A stretch of 56,528 nt of DNA from Peptostreptococcaceae bacterium. Its GTDB lineage: Bacteria; Bacillota; Clostridia; Peptostreptococcales; Peptostreptococcaceae. A program made the translations under genes and the position numbers. The notes beneath the pieces were generated by a model that ran no database searches, was not told the origin of the DNA, and was given only the letters and a program-made list of their open reading frames with translations. The DNA lies in assembly GCA_029983575.1 (NCBI GenBank), contig JASBZE010000001.1, positions 1 to 56,528 of the forward strand. Reading direction: 5' to 3'. Each line of letters starts with the position of its first letter. Position 1 is the stretch's first letter. This document shows positions 54,062 to 56,528 of this stretch, piece after piece.

Positions 54062-54091
54062 AGGGAGTGTTATTACACTCCCTTTTGTTTT
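54062..54091 (+). terminator. Intrinsic terminator after rpmA
   Basis: gggagtgt / acactccc stem with a 4-nt loop, followed by TTTTGTTTT. Confidence 0.8.
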
Positions 54092-54107
54092 GAAACGAGG
54101 TGAGAAT

Positions 54108-55388
54108 ATGTTTGTAGATAAAGCCAGAATATATCTAAAAGCTGGAAATGGCGGAGATGGTGCGGTATCTTTTAGAAGAGAAAAATACGTTCCAGCGGGC
54201 GGACCTGATGGAGGTAACGGCGGAAAAGGCGGAAGTGTTATCTTCAAGGTCGACTCAGGTCTTAGAACCCTTATGGATTTTAAATATCAGACTAAATACA
54301 AGGCTGGAAACGGCACAAACGGAAGCAAAAAAAGAAGTTCTGGGTCAGATGGCGAAGATCTTATACTAAAGGTGCCACCTGGAACTATAGTAAGAGATGA
54401 AAAATCAGGTAAGGTAATCGTAGATTTAAAAAACTACGATGAAGAGGCTGTCATCTGTAAAGGTGGATACGGCGGCAAGGGTAACTTTAACTTTGCAACT
54501 GCCACTAGACAGGCACCTGCCTTTGCTAAATCTGGTAAAGAAGGAGAAGAGAGATGGGTCGTACTCGAACTTAAGATGATAGCTGACGTCGGGTTACTCG
54601 GTTTTCCAAATGTAGGGAAATCTACCTTCCTATCAATGGTAACAAAGGCAAAACCCAAAATTGCCAACTACCACTTCACTACCTTGACTCCTAACTTGGG
54701 GGTAGTTCAGACTAGGTATGGCGATAGTTTTGTTATGGCTGATATACCGGGAATAATTGAAGGTGCATCAGAGGGAGCTGGACTAGGCCATGACTTTCTA
54801 AGGCATATAGAGAGAACTAAGGTTTTAGTTCATATTGTTGACATCAGTGGGATAGAGGGAAGAGACCCGATAGACGATTTTAACAAGATAAATGAAGAGC
54901 TAAAAAATTATAATGAAAAGTTGGCAGTTAGAAATCAAGTTGTAGTCGCAAATAAGGCGGATGTACTCTATGATCAAACTGTTTACGAGAAGTTTAAAGA
55001 AGAAATAGAATCTCAAGGTTACAAGGTGTTTAAGATGAGTGCTGCAACTGGAGAAGGCGTAAATGATGTAATAGACTACGTATCGAAAATCTTGGGTGAG
55101 ATAGATGATACAGAGTTGTTTACAGAAGAAGAAATCTTTGATCCGGAAATAGATGTAGAAAAAGAAGAAGGATTAAGCTATGAGATAGATGAAGAGGGTA
55201 AATTCGTAGTGAGCGGAAAGGACCTAAGGAGAATACTTTATTCTGTAAACTTCGACGATATGGAATCACTTCACTTTTTCCAAAGCACCCTAGAAAAAGA
55301 AGGAGTATTTGATAAGCTAAGAGAGATGGGAATAGAAGATGGAGATACCGTAAAAATTTACGACCTTGAATTTGAATTCTATAACTAG
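54108..55388 (+). CDS. obg: GTPase Obg/CgtA
   Basis: Glycine-rich Obg fold (MFVDKARIYLKAGNGGDG...), G domain (GFPNVGKST, DIPG, NKAD), and a C-terminal TGS/OCT domain. The SD favours the ATG at 54108. Confidence 0.95.
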   Translation: MFVDKARIYLKAGNGGDGAVSFRREKYVPAGGPDGGNGGKGGSVIFKVDSGLRTLMDFKYQTKYKAGNGTNGSKKRSSGSDGEDLILKVPPGTIVRDEKSGKVIVDLKNYDEEAVICKGGYGGKGNFNFATATRQAPAFAKSGKEGEERWVVLELKMIADVGLLGFPNVGKSTFLSMVTKAKPKIANYHFTTLTPNLGVVQTRYGDSFVMADIPGIIEGASEGAGLGHDFLRHIERTKVLVHIVDISGIEGRDPIDDFNKINEELKNYNEKLAVRNQVVVANKADVLYDQTVYEKFKEEIESQGYKVFKMSAATGEGVNDVIDYVSKILGEIDDTELFTEEEIFDPEIDVEKEEGLSYEIDEEGKFVVSGKDLRRILYSVNFDDMESLHFFQSTLEKEGVFDKLREMGIEDGDTVKIYDLEFEFYN

Positions 55389-55422
55389 AAGATATAAAAA
55401 ATGTATTAATATGGAGGTAAGT

Positions 55423-55776
55423 ATGCTAAAAGGAAAGCAAAGGGCATATCTTAGATCTCTAGCCAATCCTATAAAACCGATCACACAAATTGGAAAAGAG
55501 GGAGTTAGCAGGGAGTTTTTGGACTCCCTAGACGAGATGCTAACAGCAAGGGAGCTTGTCAAAATAACAATTTTGGAAAACTCTGGGCTTGAGGCAAAAG
55601 AAACTGCAAATTTTATATGTGAGCAGTTGAGATGTGAGTTTGTTCAAGCCATTGGTTCGAAAATAGTAGTGTACAGGAAGAATTTAAAAGAGCCTAAGAT
55701 AGTTTTTCCTGGTCATGAACAGGCAGTGTCTAAGAGAAAAAAAGAGATGTCTAAGAAACTCAGTAAAAAGAGATAA
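55423..55776 (+). CDS. yhbY: YhbY-like CRM-domain RNA-binding protein with a Lys-rich C-terminal tail
   Basis: The N-terminal sequence MLKGKQRAYLRSLANPIKPITQIGKEGV matches the YhbY family. A GGAGGT SD precedes the ATG at 55423. Confidence 0.85.
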   Translation: MLKGKQRAYLRSLANPIKPITQIGKEGVSREFLDSLDEMLTARELVKITILENSGLEAKETANFICEQLRCEFVQAIGSKIVVYRKNLKEPKIVFPGHEQAVSKRKKEMSKKLSKKR

Positions 55777-55858
55777 TAAAAAAAATAACAGAAAAAAGGG
55801 AGCAAAAAATCATATTTGGGTCCTTTTAAAAAAATTAAGGGGAGTCAGAAAATATAAC

Positions 55859-55887
55859 TTGACACCCCTTGATTATTATGTAAAAAT
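55859..55887 (+). promoter_or_regulatory. Candidate promoter (TTGACA-17 nt, with TGt-AAAAAT extended -10)
   Basis: Consensus -35 at 55859-55864. TG at 55879-55880 and the hexamer AAAAAT at 55882-55887. Confidence 0.35.
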
Positions 55888-55986
55888 TGAATTGAGATAA
55901 ATCAAATTAATATATTTGCTGAACTTTCTGTTACTAGATTTGTTTTTGGAAAATATATCTAAAAATATTTAAATATAAATTTTACT

Positions 55987-56027
55987 AAGGATGTGAGCTT
56001 TTAATAAAGTGACACATCCTTTTGAAA
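55987..56027 (+). terminator. Terminator-like hairpin in the yhbY-downstream spacer
   Basis: aaggatgtg / cacatcctt form a perfect 9-bp stem (55987-55995 / 56013-56021) with a 17-nt loop, followed by TTGAAAT (weak U-tract). Confidence 0.35.
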
Positions 56028-56112
56028 TATTTGGAAAATTGATGTAGACATATTCACTACATTGTGATAAACTTTTTAAAAAGTCAGTATTTTTCTAAAA
56101 GGAGGTATGTAT

Positions 56113-56528
56113 TTGATTGAGAGCATTAATAAACTAAATAGATTTAAGATTGGTTTAGATAAGTCTATGGTCAATCGAAATGAAATATTAAAATACCTCC
56201 AGTTTAGAGGGGACAAAGTGCCCGAGGATATAAGCCAAACGATTGAAGATGGAATAGAAAAGATCATTGATGTATGTGATGTAGTCCACTATATAAAGGC
56301 TTTTGAGATAAGTGATTTTAAGAGGGTAAAAGGAGAAGAAACCTTTGGTTTTGAACTAGAGGGAGAAGATATCTACGAACTTTTGAGTACAAGTGAATAC
56401 ATAGTGTTTTTTGCGGTGACCTTGGGGCTCAAGGTCGATGTTTTTTTAAGGAGAGAACAAGTCGTAAATCTCTCAAACGCAATTATATATGAAAGTATAG
56501 CGTCGACATTGATTGAGTTAGCGGTCGA
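56113..56528 (+). CDS. Methionine synthase (MetH) activation-domain-like protein, 3'-truncated by the window edge
   Basis: Open frame from the TTG at 56113 (GGAGG SD 7 nt upstream; in-frame ATG at 56107) to the window end, with no stop. The translation LIESINKLNRFKIGLDKSMVNRNEILKYLQFRGDKVPEDISQTIEDGIEKIIDVCDVVHYIKAFEI... resembles stand-alone clostridial 'vitamin B12-dependent methionine synthase activation domain' proteins. It is absent from the ORF track because it is incomplete. Confidence 0.55.
   Translation, partial: MIESINKLNRFKIGLDKSMVNRNEILKYLQFRGDKVPEDISQTIEDGIEKIIDVCDVVHYIKAFEISDFKRVKGEETFGFELEGEDIYELLSTSEYIVFFAVTLGLKVDVFLRREQVVNLSNAIIYESIASTLIELAV

Noticed and set aside
127-54667. 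About 60 ORFs in the six-frame track lie inside well-supported genes, on the opposite strand or out of frame on the same strand. Examples: 127..360, 2118..2393, 3285..3638, 8059..8385, 9332..9814, 13083..13460, 16389..16874, 36213..36539, 40596..40928, 42834..43232, 53035..53355, 54053..54247, 54148..54369.
   Set aside because: - Their translations are low-complexity Ser/Leu/Phe/Ile-rich strings, typical of reading AT-rich genes off-frame.
- They lack SD sites.
- They are fully embedded in ORFs with strong family signatures.
- Nothing suggests genuine overlapping genes.
55715-55900. A 61-aa Lys/Arg-rich ORF overlaps the yhbY 3' end and runs into the spacer.
   Set aside because: It is an out-of-frame reading of the A-rich yhbY tail and spacer, with no SD. 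The composition is an artefact of poly-A/G sequence.
1-56528. I scanned for tRNA, rRNA, CRISPR arrays, IS or transposon ends, integrases, phage genes, toxin-antitoxin pairs and known defence-system signatures.
   Set aside because: None found. All long ORFs are accounted for by housekeeping families, apart from the AAA+/VWA pair and the orphan at 29872-30819. There are no spacer-repeat arrays and no terminal inverted repeats flanking any block.

Overview
The window looks like a core chromosomal segment of a low-GC, anaerobic Firmicute (Clostridia/Tissierellia-like). I cannot assign a genus from sequence alone. It is densely packed with about 50 housekeeping genes, nearly all with clear Shine-Dalgarno sites.

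Gene order:
- purC and ychF (minus strand)
- an M16B peptidase pair, then lgt
- a stripped-down dcw cluster: rsmH-murF-mraY-murD-murG-ftsZ
- nrdR, der-plsY-gpsA, ppx-ppk
- an orphan MoxR/CbbQ-type AAA+ ATPase plus a NorD/CbbO-type VWA protein
- ylmE(yggS)-sepF-yggT-ylmH-divIVA
- an Ile T-box leader and a long-form ileS
- an orphan membrane protein
- two EamA/RarD transporters and an M24 Xaa-Pro peptidase (minus strand)
- an SH3b-NlpC/P60 hydrolase
- rnfCDGEAB
- radC-mreBCD-PBP2-rodA
- a radical SAM TIGR03960/TIGR03936 pair plus a short RNase E/G
- rplU-prp-rpmA, obg, yhbY
- a 3'-truncated MetH-activation-domain-like gene

I found no tRNA, rRNA, CRISPR array, transposase, integrase or phage gene.

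I do not see compelling evidence for a wholly new multi-gene system. The best candidates for follow-up are:
- the client-less AAA+/VWA pair, which has its own promoter
- the uncharacterised radical SAM pair linked to a truncated RNase G
- the structured repeat arrays in the mraY-murD and murG-ftsZ spacers, which re-copy the 3' end of the upstream gene
- the large insertions in the PBP2 transpeptidase domain
- the repetitive tails on RnfB and DivIVA

All coordinates were counted by hand. All homology calls come from motif recognition, not database searches.
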